64,000 nucleotides of DNA from Bacilli bacterium (GTDB lineage: Bacteria > Bacillota_I > Bacilli_A > ML615J-28 > CAG-698). The stretch is from contig JBMNLY010000002.1 of assembly GCA_050953045.1 (NCBI GenBank), positions 596,667 through 660,666 on the forward strand, written 5' to 3'. Every line of letters starts with the position of its first letter. The first letter of the stretch is position 1. A program made the translations under genes and the position numbers. Of the stretch, positions 26,884 through 36,906 are shown one piece after another. A model generated the notes under the pieces. The model was not told the DNA's origin and did not search any database. It saw only the letters and a list, made by a program, of their open reading frames with translations.

Positions 26884-28412
26884 TCGAATATTTTTCTTTA
26901 TTTATGACAGCGGTCATGCTGGTCTTGATAACGAATAAAACCTTGCAGATTTTTCAACAATCTCATTATCAATTTCGGAGTTTCAAGAAAAACATTAAAC
27001 ATTATTATCTGAAAGATCCGAGTAATTTTTGGCCGCCTTACATATTCTTTTTCTTTTATTTGCATCTTTGGTATATTCAGTTAATTTACGGAATCTATCT
27101 TGGGGTTCTCATTTTCTTTAAGGTACGCAGGAAATCAATTTTAAAACTGAAGTTTACCGCCCGCATTAAAAGAATTTACTTTTTGTTGATAATTACTAAT
27201 ACCTTAATCGCAAGTGTTTTAAGTTGGCAGGCTAAATTACCGCATTTAGGTTCAGCGGTCGCTTTCTTATTTCTGATTACACCTTTTATAGTTTATTTTA
27301 CAGCCTTACTCATTCAGCCCTTAGAGATTTTAATTTCTTCAATGCACCTTTGCAGGGCTAAAAGAAAGCTTGTCAAGATAGAACCGGTTATAATCGGTAT
27401 CACCGGCAGTTACGGCAAAACAGGAACGAAAAATATTCTTTTTTCCTTTCTCCAAGATAAATACATGGTCCTACCGAGCCCCGCTTCTTATAATACTATG
27501 AACGGCCTTGCTTTAACCATTAACCGCAAACTAAAAAAATATCATGAAGTTTTGATTGCGGAGATGGGGGCGACGGAGATGAAGGACATTGAAAAACTGG
27601 TTAAATTTATCCGCCCGAAGTATGGTATCATTACCGCAATCGGTCCTCAACATTTAGAAACATTTAAGTCAATTGAGAATATCTTAACTGAAAAAACTAA
27701 ACTAATACAGGGACTACCGGGGACAGGAATTGCGATAGTGAATTTTGATAATGATTATTTAAGAAACTATTCTTTTAATTCGAAATGCCGAATCGTCAGT
27801 TTTGGTTTAAGAGAAGGTGTTGATTATCAAGCTCGGGATGTAAAAACAGATTTATCCGGAATCAGTTTTAAAACTAAGTATAAAAACAAAGAAATCGAGC
27901 TTCGGACGCGGTTGCTCGGGTTTCATAATCTCTATAATATCTTAGCTGCTTTTGCACTTGCATCTGAGCTTGGAATTCCGGAAAGTGAACTTATTTACCA
28001 AACCTCTGTTTTAGAGCCTGTAGAAAACAGATTGACACTTCGCGAGGAAGGCGATTTGGTGATATTGGATGATTCGTTTAATTCAAATCCGGAAGGATTT
28101 AAAAATGCTCTGGATGTGCTTTCAAAATTTAATAAATTTAAGATTCTGATTACTCCGGGAATAGTTGAGGGGGGCAAAGAAGAATCAAAAATAAATCTTG
28201 GGCTTGCGGAAAAGATCTCCGCAGTATGCGATTTAGTTATTCTGATAAAAACAAAAGCTTCTTTATCTATCAAAAAAGGCCTTGATGAACATAGTTATCA
28301 GGATGTGAAGGTTGTAGAAGATTTCCGGAAAGCCATTAAATTTGTCAAGGAAAACTATCCAGATGCTGCTGTTTTGATAGAAAACGACATCACTGACATT
28401 TATAAAATTTAG
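26862..28412 (+). CDS. murF: UDP-MurNAc-tripeptide--D-Ala-D-Ala ligase MurF with a polytopic membrane N-terminal domain.
   Basis: 516 aa. Residues 1 to about 170 are strongly hydrophobic (4-5 TM helices). Then the Mur-ligase P-loop GITGSYGKTGTKN and the MurF C-terminal signature DDSFNSNPEGFKNAL. Directly followed by ddl. Confidence 0.7.
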   Translation: METFKNIIEYFSLFMTAVMLVLITNKTLQIFQQSHYQFRSFKKNIKHYYLKDPSNFWPPYIFFFFYLHLWYIQLIYGIYLGVLIFFKVRRKSILKLKFTARIKRIYFLLIITNTLIASVLSWQAKLPHLGSAVAFLFLITPFIVYFTALLIQPLEILISSMHLCRAKRKLVKIEPVIIGITGSYGKTGTKNILFSFLQDKYMVLPSPASYNTMNGLALTINRKLKKYHEVLIAEMGATEMKDIEKLVKFIRPKYGIITAIGPQHLETFKSIENILTEKTKLIQGLPGTGIAIVNFDNDYLRNYSFNSKCRIVSFGLREGVDYQARDVKTDLSGISFKTKYKNKEIELRTRLLGFHNLYNILAAFALASELGIPESELIYQTSVLEPVENRLTLREEGDLVILDDSFNSNPEGFKNALDVLSKFNKFKILITPGIVEGGKEESKINLGLAEKISAVCDLVILIKTKASLSIKKGLDEHSYQDVKVVEDFRKAIKFVKENYPDAAVLIENDITDIYKI

Positions 28413-28423
28413 GGGGAGAAAGT

Positions 28424-29542
28424 TTGAAAAAAAGAATTGGGATTGTCTTTGGTGGAAACTCAGTGGAACATGAAATCTCAATTTTATCATTAATACAAGC
28501 AAGTCATGCAATTGATACAAGTAAATACGAAGTCCTGCCGATTTATTTGACCAAGGAAGGGGAGTTTTGGGTAGGACCAGAGTTCACAAATTTAAAAACC
28601 TTTCAAAAGAAAAAAATCAAACATTATCAGGTTGCTTTTTATAAAAAGAATGGAGAGCTCCGTTTAAAGGGAACTAGTTTCCTACCTTTTAAGTACAGGA
28701 AACCTTTAGAATTGATTATTCCGATTGTACACGGAAAGAATGTTGAAGACGGAAGTCTGGCAGGATTCTTTAAGATTTTTGATACAGCGTATGCGAGTTC
28801 CGATATACTTCCGGCTGCACTCTTTCAAAATAAGCATTATACAAAAAAAATCTTGTCTTTTGACGGTTTACCCGTGCTTCCTTATCTTTATTGTACAATT
28901 TCCGACTATAAGAAAAACCCGGATTCTGTACTCGAAGAAATTGAAAAGTTAAATTTTCCGGTTATCATTAAACCAGTATCGCTTGGCTCTAGTATTGGAA
29001 TCAAAGTTGCGGAAAACAAAGAAGAGTTACAGCGGGCAATCAATTACGCTTTAAAATACGAAGATTATTTCATTGTAGAGAGGAAGCTTGCTCATTTTCG
29101 GGAGTTTAATCAGGCGCTCTTAGAAAGAGACGGGGATTATGAATTGTCGGCTATTGAGGAAGTCAAATCGGAAAATAGTTTTTTGACTTTCTCTGATAAA
29201 TATCTCCCTTCAACCTCCAAACATGAAATACCCGCTCTCATTTCAACAAAACTCCGGGCGGAAATCAGCCGAATCAGTATGGAGATGGCAAGGAATTATT
29301 GTTTTAGAGGGGTTGTTCGGATTGATTATTTATATGATCTTAGTGAAAAGAAAATTTATGTGAACGAGGTTAATACAATCCCGGGATCGCTTGCTTATTA
29401 TCTATTTGAAGAGCAACTTAGTTATCCGGACTTAATTGATGTTTTGATTAAATCTGCTTTTAGAGCCAAATATCGGCAGGATTTAAAACTAAATTCTTTT
29501 GCTTCAATGGTTTTATCGACAACTAAACTTTTAAAGAAGTAG
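28424..29542 (+). CDS. ddl: D-alanine--D-alanine ligase.
   Basis: 372 aa. N-terminus RIGIVFGGNSVEHEISILS and ATP-grasp fold. TTG start 5 nt after GGGGGAG. Confidence 0.85.
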   Translation: MKKRIGIVFGGNSVEHEISILSLIQASHAIDTSKYEVLPIYLTKEGEFWVGPEFTNLKTFQKKKIKHYQVAFYKKNGELRLKGTSFLPFKYRKPLELIIPIVHGKNVEDGSLAGFFKIFDTAYASSDILPAALFQNKHYTKKILSFDGLPVLPYLYCTISDYKKNPDSVLEEIEKLNFPVIIKPVSLGSSIGIKVAENKEELQRAINYALKYEDYFIVERKLAHFREFNQALLERDGDYELSAIEEVKSENSFLTFSDKYLPSTSKHEIPALISTKLRAEISRISMEMARNYCFRGVVRIDYLYDLSEKKIYVNEVNTIPGSLAYYLFEEQLSYPDLIDVLIKSAFRAKYRQDLKLNSFASMVLSTTKLLKK

Positions 29543-29565
29543 TTCGGAAACGGACTACTTTTTAC
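29538..29565 (+). terminator. Terminator after ddl.
   Basis: AGTAGTtCGGaaaCGGACTACTTTTT. Confidence 0.5.
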
Positions 29566-29620
29566 TTGATTTTTAAGGAAAGATGAAGTATATTTATGGT
29601 ATAATATTTTTAGGTGAAAT

Positions 29621-30946
29621 ATGGACAAGGTATTAATTAATTTTTTTAAAAATAATAATTTAAAATTTAAGAATAAAACTTTTGTTTTGGCGATTTCAAC
29701 CGGGGTTGACTCCATGGTTATGCTGCAGGCATTTTTAAATTTAAAAGATAAATTTGCACTCAAATTGCATGTTGCTCATTATAACCATCGAATGCGGATG
29801 CAATCTGAAGTTGAAGAAGAGTTTTTAAAAGAATATTGTTTAAAGAATGATATTTCCTGCAATGTTGAAAGCTTGCAGGAAGATGCAACTGGAAACTTTC
29901 AAAGTTTCGCAAGAACCAAGCGTTACGAATTTTTTTATAAGGTTTGCGCAAGTTTACAGGCCGACTATCTAGTGCTTGCTCATCATGCGGATGACAATAT
30001 CGAAACAATTTTAATGCGGATTATTCGCGGCAGCAACCTGAAAGGTTATTCAGGGATGGATGAAGTTGTTCCTTTTCATAATTCGTTGTTGATTCGTCCC
30101 TTTCTTAGAACCGCAAAATCAGAGTTGATAAATTATGCAAATCTACATAAACTAAAATATTATCAGGACGAATCTAATTTTGATGATATCTATACACGCA
30201 ACAGGATTCGCAAAGAAATTGTCCCCGTTCTCTATAACGAAGATCAAAATGTGTACCTAAAATTTCAAGATTTTTCAGAAACGCTGAAAGAAGCCAATAA
30301 ACTCTTGGAAGAAAAGGTAAACAACTTTTTAAACATAACCATCAAAGGGGGAAACTATGTTAACTTTTCGCTTCTGGAATTCTTAAAACTAAATAATTTT
30401 CTTAGGATTGAGGTTTTATTTAAATTACTTAAAGAATATGAACTTTCAAAAAGTGCTATAGAAGAAATCTTAAAACTAATTTTATCTACAAAGAAAAATT
30501 TAAAAGTTCACTTCAAAAATCAATTTACCTTCGTAAAGGAGTATAATAAGATTTCCTTTTATCGAGGTCTGATTGAGACTCCAAAATTTGATGTTTTAAT
30601 CATAGGTCCCGGAACCTATCAGTTGAGTGACAAGATTTCGGTAAATGTTATAAAAAAAGACAGTATCGATATTCCCAATTATGCTGATTTGTGGTATAAT
30701 ACTAATATGTTGCCGATTAGACTGAGGAATCGAAAACCCGGCGACAAAATTTTAATTGAAACAGGATATAAAAAAGTTAAGGATCTTTTAATTGACAAAA
30801 AGATCGGTATTTTAGAAAGAGAACAAGTCATAATATGTGAGAAGGACAAAGAAATATTGGCAGTTCTCGGAATCAGAAAAAGTTCAGTTCTAAAACAAAT
30901 GAAGAATAATGATATAATAATAAAGGTGGAAAGAAAAGATGGATAG
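29621..30946 (+). CDS. tilS: tRNA(Ile)-lysidine synthetase.
   Basis: 441 aa. PP-loop ISTGVDSMVM (SGGxDS) and TilS C-terminal domain. Followed by hpt and ftsH, the conserved Firmicutes order. Confidence 0.85.
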   Translation: MDKVLINFFKNNNLKFKNKTFVLAISTGVDSMVMLQAFLNLKDKFALKLHVAHYNHRMRMQSEVEEEFLKEYCLKNDISCNVESLQEDATGNFQSFARTKRYEFFYKVCASLQADYLVLAHHADDNIETILMRIIRGSNLKGYSGMDEVVPFHNSLLIRPFLRTAKSELINYANLHKLKYYQDESNFDDIYTRNRIRKEIVPVLYNEDQNVYLKFQDFSETLKEANKLLEEKVNNFLNITIKGGNYVNFSLLEFLKLNNFLRIEVLFKLLKEYELSKSAIEEILKLILSTKKNLKVHFKNQFTFVKEYNKISFYRGLIETPKFDVLIIGPGTYQLSDKISVNVIKKDSIDIPNYADLWYNTNMLPIRLRNRKPGDKILIETGYKKVKDLLIDKKIGILEREQVIICEKDKEILAVLGIRKSSVLKQMKNNDIIIKVERKDG

Positions 30947-31475
30947 TTTTGTTGAAGAGGTATTGTTGGAACATAAAGATATTGTTGATATTTGTAATCG
31001 ATTAGGTAAAGAACTTACCGCTGATTATCAGGATAAAAGGCCAATTTTGGTTGGTTTGTTGAAAGGAAGCATTCCCTTTTTGGCTGAGTTGATTAAACAT
31101 ATCAAATGTGATCTTGAGATTGACTTTATGCAAGCTTCCAGTTACGAAGGAACCAAATCTAAAGGTACGGTTATGGTTCTTAAAGATTTGATTACACCGG
31201 TTATTGGCAGACATTTGCTGATTGTAGAAGATATTGTTGATACCGGCTTTACCCTGCAAGAAGTGATGAATTTGTTGCAGGATCGAGGTGCAGCCAGCAT
31301 TGAGGTCGTTACTTTGCTTGACAAACCCGCAGGAAGAAAAGTCGACGTAACACCGAAATATATCGGGAAAACAATACCCAATAAATTTGTTATTGGATTT
31401 GGACTTGATTATAATGAGATATACCGGAATCTTGATTATGTCGGTGTATTGAAAGAATCCGTTTACAAGAAATAA
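30939..31475 (+). CDS. hpt: Hypoxanthine-guanine phosphoribosyltransferase.
   Basis: 178 aa. PRPP-binding motif LIVEDIVDTGFTL. Confidence 0.9.
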   Translation: MDSFVEEVLLEHKDIVDICNRLGKELTADYQDKRPILVGLLKGSIPFLAELIKHIKCDLEIDFMQASSYEGTKSKGTVMVLKDLITPVIGRHLLIVEDIVDTGFTLQEVMNLLQDRGAASIEVVTLLDKPAGRKVDVTPKYIGKTIPNKFVIGFGLDYNEIYRNLDYVGVLKESVYKK

Positions 31476-31485
31476 GGAGGATTTG

Positions 31486-33510
31486 ATGGCACAAGGACCA
31501 CAGAAACAACAGCCTAAACGCGGTTTTAGAACTGATATAGGCGTTATACTAATAATAATATTGGTGATTGTAGGAATCTTTTTCTTTATGAGAAATGCGG
31601 CTACAGCACCGGACGAACTTGATATTAAAGATTTTGAAACATATTTGGTAGAAGAAAAAATAAAATCCGTTGATGTCACTCCGGTCGGTGGCGAAAACCT
31701 TGGTTGGTTGCGGATAACCGGAAAATATCTGGACGAAGAAGGACGCGAACGAAGATATGAAATAATCATTCTTCAAGAACAGTTTATTACCGATTATTAT
31801 GATCCCATCATAAAAGGTAATGCGGATATAGAATATACCAATACACCGCGTCAGACGACTGATTGGCTTTCAATTCTAACCTTTATCATTCCGATTGTCT
31901 TGTTTGTCGGTTTTATGATTTTCCTATTCCGGAATTCTTCTTCTGGAAGCAATAAAGCTTTTGATTTTGGAAAATCACGAGCCAGAATGGCAAGGCATTC
32001 TAAGGTCACATTTAAAGATGTAGCTGGAGTTGATGAAGAGCGTGAAGAACTTGAAGAAATAATTGACTTTCTGAAACATCCACGCAAGTATTTTGAAATC
32101 GGAGCTCGGATTCCGAAAGGTGTTTTATTAGTCGGACCTCCGGGAACCGGTAAGACATTATTAGCGAAAGCGGTCGCAGGAGAAGCGAAAGTACCTTTCT
32201 ATTCAATTTCAGGTAGTGATTTTGTCGAGATGTTCGTTGGTGTTGGTGCGAGTCGTGTTCGTGACATGTTTAAAACAGCAAAACAAAATGCACCATGTAT
32301 CGTCTTTATTGACGAGATTGATGCCGTCGGCCGCCAAAGAGGAGCCGGTTTGGGCGGAGGCCATGATGAACGCGAACAAACCTTGAACCAATTGTTGGTT
32401 GAAATGGACGGATTTGAAGAAAACTCCGGCGTCATTGTTATGGCAGCAACAAACCGCGTTGACGTATTGGACCCGGCATTACTCCGTCCGGGACGTTTTG
32501 ACCGTCAGATTAGAATCTCTAATCCTGATGTTCAAGGAAGGACGGCAATTCTTAAAGTACATGCTCGTAATAAAAAACTTTCACAGAAAATTAATCTGAA
32601 TGATATTGCCAAGAGAACACCTGGATTTTCGGGAGCGGATCTTGAGAACTTATTGAACGAAGCAGCATTGCTTGCTGCTCGTGAAGGTCGCAGAGAAATT
32701 AAAATCTATGATATTGACGAAGCGGTTGACCGGGTATTAATGGGGCCCGCAAAACGGAGTCGTAAGTATTCCGATACCGAAAAAAGGATTATCGCTTTTC
32801 ATGAAGCGGGACATGCTGTTCTCGGACTCAAACTCGATAATGCCGATATTGTACAAAAGGTGACGATTGTGCCCCGCGGGGAAGCGGGCGGTTATAACCT
32901 GATGACTCCCGAAGAAGAACGGTTCTTGCAAACCAAGAACGGTTTGCTTGATACTATTACCGGACTTTTAGGCGGACGAGTTGCGGAAGAATTGATGACA
33001 AACGAAATTACCACAGGCGCTCACAATGACTTCCAAAAAGCAACGCGCATTGCCCGGGCGATGGTTACTGAATTCGGTATGAGTAAACTCGGTCCGATTC
33101 AATATGAAAGAGCATCCCATGAGGTCTTCTTGGGTCGGGATTATATGAAGGACAAGAATTTTTCCGATCAGGTGGCTTTGGAAATCGACCAAGCAATCAG
33201 AGAGATAATCGATGACGCTTATAAAAAAGCTCAAAAGGTTTTAACTGAAAACAAGGACCTTTTGATACTGCTTGCAAATCATTTGATTGAAATTGAAACC
33301 TTAACGAAGGAAGATATCTATGAGCTTGCGGAAACGGGAAAACTTGCATGGTGGGAAAAGAAGAAAGCCAAAGAAGAAGCTGAAAGAATAGCCCAAGAAA
33401 AAGAAGAAGAATTGCAAGAAATTTACCGGAAACAACTCAAAGCTATGGAAGAAGCTAAGAAGCTTACTCAACAAGAAAAATCCGGAGAAGAAGAAAAAAA
33501 TGAGGCTTGA
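31486..33510 (+). CDS. ftsH: ATP-dependent zinc metalloprotease FtsH.
   Basis: Two TM helices; AAA Walker [14 protein letters not shown]; second region of homology; HEAGHA zinc site; charged coiled-coil C-tail. ATG 6 nt after AGGAGG. Confidence 0.95.
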   Translation: MAQGPQKQQPKRGFRTDIGVILIIILVIVGIFFFMRNAATAPDELDIKDFETYLVEEKIKSVDVTPVGGENLGWLRITGKYLDEEGRERRYEIIILQEQFITDYYDPIIKGNADIEYTNTPRQTTDWLSILTFIIPIVLFVGFMIFLFRNSSSGSNKAFDFGKSRARMARHSKVTFKDVAGVDEEREELEEIIDFLKHPRKYFEIGARIPKGVLLVGPPGTGKTLLAKAVAGEAKVPFYSISGSDFVEMFVGVGASRVRDMFKTAKQNAPCIVFIDEIDAVGRQRGAGLGGGHDEREQTLNQLLVEMDGFEENSGVIVMAATNRVDVLDPALLRPGRFDRQIRISNPDVQGRTAILKVHARNKKLSQKINLNDIAKRTPGFSGADLENLLNEAALLAAREGRREIKIYDIDEAVDRVLMGPAKRSRKYSDTEKRIIAFHEAGHAVLGLKLDNADIVQKVTIVPRGEAGGYNLMTPEEERFLQTKNGLLDTITGLLGGRVAEELMTNEITTGAHNDFQKATRIARAMVTEFGMSKLGPIQYERASHEVFLGRDYMKDKNFSDQVALEIDQAIREIIDDAYKKAQKVLTENKDLLILLANHLIEIETLTKEDIYELAETGKLAWWEKKKAKEEAERIAQEKEEELQEIYRKQLKAMEEAKKLTQQEKSGEEEKNEA

Positions 33511-33754
33511 TAAGTTTCTGAAGGTTTCAAGAATAATTAAAAGAAGAACGGTTGCGAAAGAGGCCGGAGAAGCCGGAAAAATTATGGTTAATTCAAAAGT
33601 AGCTAAACCGAGTACGGTTCTCAAAATTGGCGACATTGTTGAAGTTAATTACTTTAAAAAGACAATTATTTTTAAAGTGCTTTCTCTGCAACCAAGTATT
33701 AGAAAAGAAGAAGCTAAAGAAATGTTTGAAATTATTAATATTATTGAAAATTAA
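33500..33754 (+). CDS. S4-domain RNA-binding protein (YabO/Hsp15-like).
   Basis: 84 aa. [31 protein letters not shown] matches the S4 fold. Overlaps the ftsH stop. Confidence 0.7.
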   Translation: MRLDKFLKVSRIIKRRTVAKEAGEAGKIMVNSKVAKPSTVLKIGDIVEVNYFKKTIIFKVLSLQPSIRKEEAKEMFEIINIIEN

Positions 33755-33784
33755 TGTGATTCGTAATGAATCACATTTTTTTCT
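33753..33784 (+). terminator. Strong rho-independent terminator.
   Basis: AATGTGATTCgtaatGAATCACATTTTTTTTC. Perfect 10-bp stem plus T7. Confidence 0.8.
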
Positions 33785-33841
33785 TATAAAACATCTTGTT
33801 TTGGGAATAATAGAGAAAGAAAATACAGAAAGGAAATCAAG

Positions 33842-34186
33842 ATGAAAAGAGTTTATTTAGGGTTAATATTAAAAATAATACTTATATTTGTTAGCGCTTG
33901 GATTGCCTATGGTATAATCGAGGACAATCCTTTACTTTGGATATTTATTACTTCGCTGGCTGTTGCGCTCATTACTTTTCTGGTCGGTGACATGTTGGTA
34001 TTTCCTCGTTATGGAAATGTTTCGGGCGCGGTTGCAGACGCAGTTCTTGCTGCAATAATCGCTTGGATAATCGATTTGCTTTCAGCAAATTTCTATGTAA
34101 CTTGGATTAGCACCTTAGTCTTTGTGGTATTGATTTTTATCGTTGAATTGCTATTACATCGATATTTAGAAAGGCGAGACACATAA
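33842..34186 (+). CDS. Small 3-TM membrane protein, unknown function.
   Basis: 114 aa, very hydrophobic. Bounded by its own terminators on both sides. Confidence 0.5.
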   Translation: MKRVYLGLILKIILIFVSAWIAYGIIEDNPLLWIFITSLAVALITFLVGDMLVFPRYGNVSGAVADAVLAAIIAWIIDLLSANFYVTWISTLVFVVLIFIVELLLHRYLERRDT

Positions 34187-34188
34187 AA

Positions 34189-34222
34189 AACTAAAATATT
34201 CTGCGGAATATTTTAGTTTTTT
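34189..34222 (+). terminator. Rho-independent terminator.
   Basis: AACTAAAATATTCtgcgGAATATTTTAGTTTTTTC. Perfect 13-bp stem. Confidence 0.8.
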
Positions 34223-34262
34223 CTTTATAATAGCGACAATAAATGATATAATTTTTTTTAGA

Positions 34263-35288
34263 ATGGAGTATGATAGCATGAAAAGGAAGTTGAAGTTAAT
34301 GGGATATGTAATCCTAATTTTAGTTTTTATCTGGGTTGTTTTCGGAATCATTCCTCCTAAAAAAGTGATTGCGGAAAACCCTTTTATTATAAAACCCGGA
34401 GACAAACCTCTGGTTGCCGCTCATCGGGGCGGAAAAAATCTCAATCCGGAAAATACCTTTATGGCTTTTGATGATGCCGTCAATAAGTACAAGGTCGACA
34501 TTTTAGAACTTGATCTTTGTTTAACAAAAGACGGTAAACTCGTTGCCAGTCATGACTTATGGATAAATGATTTGTGTGATGTAGAAGAAGTAAAGAGAAG
34601 TGATGAAAAATATTATGTTTTAGAGCATACGCTTGAAGAATTGCGTGAGTTCAATTTTGGTGCTAAATTTACCGATAAGAACGGAAATCAACCCTATAAA
34701 GATTTAGTTAATCCGGATTCGCCCAACAGGAAGGAAATTATCCGCGAAAATAAACTGGCGATTGCGACTGCAGAAGAGATTTTTGCTGCTTATAAAGATA
34801 CGAAATTAATGTATATTGTAGAAATAAAAGATAGCGGTGGTGCAGGAAAACTAGCTGCGGATAGGCTTAATTATCTAATAAATGATCTATTTAAAGATTA
34901 TCAGCTTCAAAAAAGGGTAGTTATCGGCACTTTTCATACTGAAATTGAAAAGTATTTAAAAGAAAAGTATTCAAAAATTATGCGTGGCGGTAGTACGGGC
35001 GAGGTAACCAAGTTTGTTTTGACGCAGATGTTCAGGGTTAATATTTTTGATAATTCTTCCTTTGTTTGTTTGCAAATACCGACCGAAGCAGAGGCTTTCG
35101 GAATAAATTTTGATCTTACCAGAAAAACATATCTTAAAAGAGCTCACAGACGCAATATTTCCGTTCAGTATTGGACGATTAATGACAAAGAAGAAATGCG
35201 AAAGTTGATTGAATTGGGGGCAGATGTTATTATGACAGATAATCCAGATTTATTTTTAGAAGTGATAGAGGAGATGGGGTATTTATGA
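34263..35288 (+). CDS. Glycerophosphodiester phosphodiesterase family protein (membrane-anchored).
   Basis: GDPD motifs PLVAAHRGG and NPENTFMAFDDAV, with an N-terminal TM anchor. Alternative start MKRKL at 34278. Confidence 0.8.
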   Translation: MEYDSMKRKLKLMGYVILILVFIWVVFGIIPPKKVIAENPFIIKPGDKPLVAAHRGGKNLNPENTFMAFDDAVNKYKVDILELDLCLTKDGKLVASHDLWINDLCDVEEVKRSDEKYYVLEHTLEELREFNFGAKFTDKNGNQPYKDLVNPDSPNRKEIIRENKLAIATAEEIFAAYKDTKLMYIVEIKDSGGAGKLAADRLNYLINDLFKDYQLQKRVVIGTFHTEIEKYLKEKYSKIMRGGSTGEVTKFVLTQMFRVNIFDNSSFVCLQIPTEAEAFGINFDLTRKTYLKRAHRRNISVQYWTINDKEEMRKLIELGADVIMTDNPDLFLEVIEEMGYL

Positions 35289-35869
35289 CAATAGTTTTAG
35301 GATCGGCTTCCGCCCGAAGAAAAGAACTTCTTGAGCTTTTAGGTTATGTATTCCTTGTTCATCCGGTGGATGTAGATGAACAGCTGAATTCTTATCGTAA
35401 TGCTGAAGATTTTGCTCATCAAGTAGCGCTAAAAAAAGGGCTTGCAACAATGGTTTTTCATCCCGAAGATTTGGTCATCTGTGCTGATACAATAGTGGTT
35501 TTAGAGGATAAAATTCTCGGAAAACCGGAGGATCTTCCCGCTGCAAGAAAAATGATTGGTTCCTTATCAGGAAAGACACACCATGTTATTACGGGCGTCT
35601 TTTTGAATTATCAAGATTATCAAAAGGTATTTACCGAAAAAACGCAAGTTCGAATCGATCAGATGAGTGCAGCTGAAGTAGAAGTTTATATTAATACTAA
35701 AGAGCCCTATGATAAGTCGGGCGGTTATGCTATTCAAGGGATTTTCGGAAAACATGTAAAGGGGATTCATGGAGATTTTTATAATGTTATGGGTCTTCCG
35801 ATAAATCGACTTTATCGGGAAATAAAGAAGATCGAAAGTAAATATAAAATTAGTTTTCCAAGAAAATAA
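35285..35869 (+). CDS. maf: Maf-like nucleoside-triphosphate pyrophosphatase (septum-formation protein).
   Basis: 194 aa. IVLGSASARRKELL N-terminus and Maf fold. ATGA overlap with the upstream gene. Confidence 0.85.
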   Translation: MTIVLGSASARRKELLELLGYVFLVHPVDVDEQLNSYRNAEDFAHQVALKKGLATMVFHPEDLVICADTIVVLEDKILGKPEDLPAARKMIGSLSGKTHHVITGVFLNYQDYQKVFTEKTQVRIDQMSAAEVEVYINTKEPYDKSGGYAIQGIFGKHVKGIHGDFYNVMGLPINRLYREIKKIESKYKISFPRK

Positions 35870-35870
35870 T

Positions 35871-35900
35871 AAAAGTCTGTCAGCAATTTGACAGACTTTT
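35871..35900. terminator. Bidirectional terminator between maf (+) and the M42 peptidase gene (-).
   Basis: AAAAGTCTGTCAgcaattTGACAGACTTTT. 12-bp perfect stem with A/T runs on both sides. Confidence 0.75.
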
Positions 35901-36906
35901 ATTCTAAATAAGCAATAAGGAGTTTTAAAGTATCGTTTACAGCCTCGAGATGAGTTCTTTCCATACCATGGGAAGCGCTGACCCCGGGACCGATTAAGGC
36001 GCCGCGGATATTGTTTCCGCCTCTTAAAGCTGCGGATACATCGGAGCCGTAATAAGGATAAATATCGACAGCATGGTTTAATTTGTTTTTCTTGGCCAGC
36101 TCAATTAAGCGATTGGTAATTTCAAAATCATATGGCGTCGAACTGTCCTTTACACAAATTGAAACATCAAATTCGGTGCAAGACAAATCCTCGCCGACAC
36201 AGCCCATATCAACAGCAATCATTTCGTCAAGTTTGGGGATGGAACTCGCCCCGTGACCAACTTCTTCATAGGTAGATATGATAATTACTAAATTATTTTT
36301 TAATTTAATCTTTTTATCAAACAAATAGTCAATTAGAGAAAAGAGAATTGCAACGCTGATTTTATCGTCAAGAAAACGCGATTTAATAAATCCGGTTTCG
36401 GTAATGACCGTTTTTGAATCTACTGCGATAAAATCGCCGACTCCAATACCTAACTTTTCTACATCAGCTTTTGATTTAACTTTTTCGTCAAGTCTGACAT
36501 GCATGTTTTCTTCGGTTCGGGGCAATGTTTTTGCATCCTTATAGACATGCACCGAAGGGCTGTTTGATAAAATGGTTCCGGTAAATGCCCGTCCATCTCT
36601 GGTCAGCACTTGACAGTATTCACCATCATAGGTAGGTAAACTCGGACCGCCGATAACACTGAAGCGAAGTGTTCCGTTTGCATTGATGCTTCTTACCATC
36701 GCCCCTAATGTGTCAACATGAGCGGAAAGCCCGATTGTATAGTCGATTTTACCGGGAAATTCAATAATTAAATTTCCTTTATTAGAAATGCTATATTTAA
36801 TTTTCTTTCGTTTGCACTCTTCCGCAAGAAAGTCTATCACGTTCTTGGTATAACCGGAAGGACTCGGGATAGCTAAGATTTTCTTGGCGAATTCCAAGGT
36901 TTTCAT
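35899..36906 (-). CDS. M42-family glutamyl aminopeptidase (FrvX/CelM-like).
   Basis: 335 aa. Matches the M42 (peptidase M20/M42) fold throughout, including the N-terminal LAIPSPSGYT region. Confidence 0.8.
   Translation of the reverse strand: MKTLEFAKKILAIPSPSGYTKNVIDFLAEECKRKKIKYSISNKGNLIIEFPGKIDYTIGLSAHVDTLGAMVRSINANGTLRFSVIGGPSLPTYDGEYCQVLTRDGRAFTGTILSNSPSVHVYKDAKTLPRTEENMHVRLDEKVKSKADVEKLGIGVGDFIAVDSKTVITETGFIKSRFLDDKISVAILFSLIDYLFDKKIKLKNNLVIIISTYEEVGHGASSIPKLDEMIAVDMGCVGEDLSCTEFDVSICVKDSSTPYDFEITNRLIELAKKNKLNHAVDIYPYYGSDVSAALRGGNNIRGALIGPGVSASHGMERTHLEAVNDTLKLLIAYLE

Noticed and set aside
31002-31769. 255-aa ORF antisense to hpt and the start of ftsH.
   Set aside because: It is entirely antisense to two strongly supported conserved genes, has a Ser/Ile-rich low-complexity composition and no ribosome-binding site. 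Spurious.
33301-33636. 111-aa ORF antisense to the ftsH 3' end.
   Set aside because: Phe/Leu/Ser low-complexity translation of the reverse strand of the Lys/Glu-rich FtsH tail. An artefact of codon composition.
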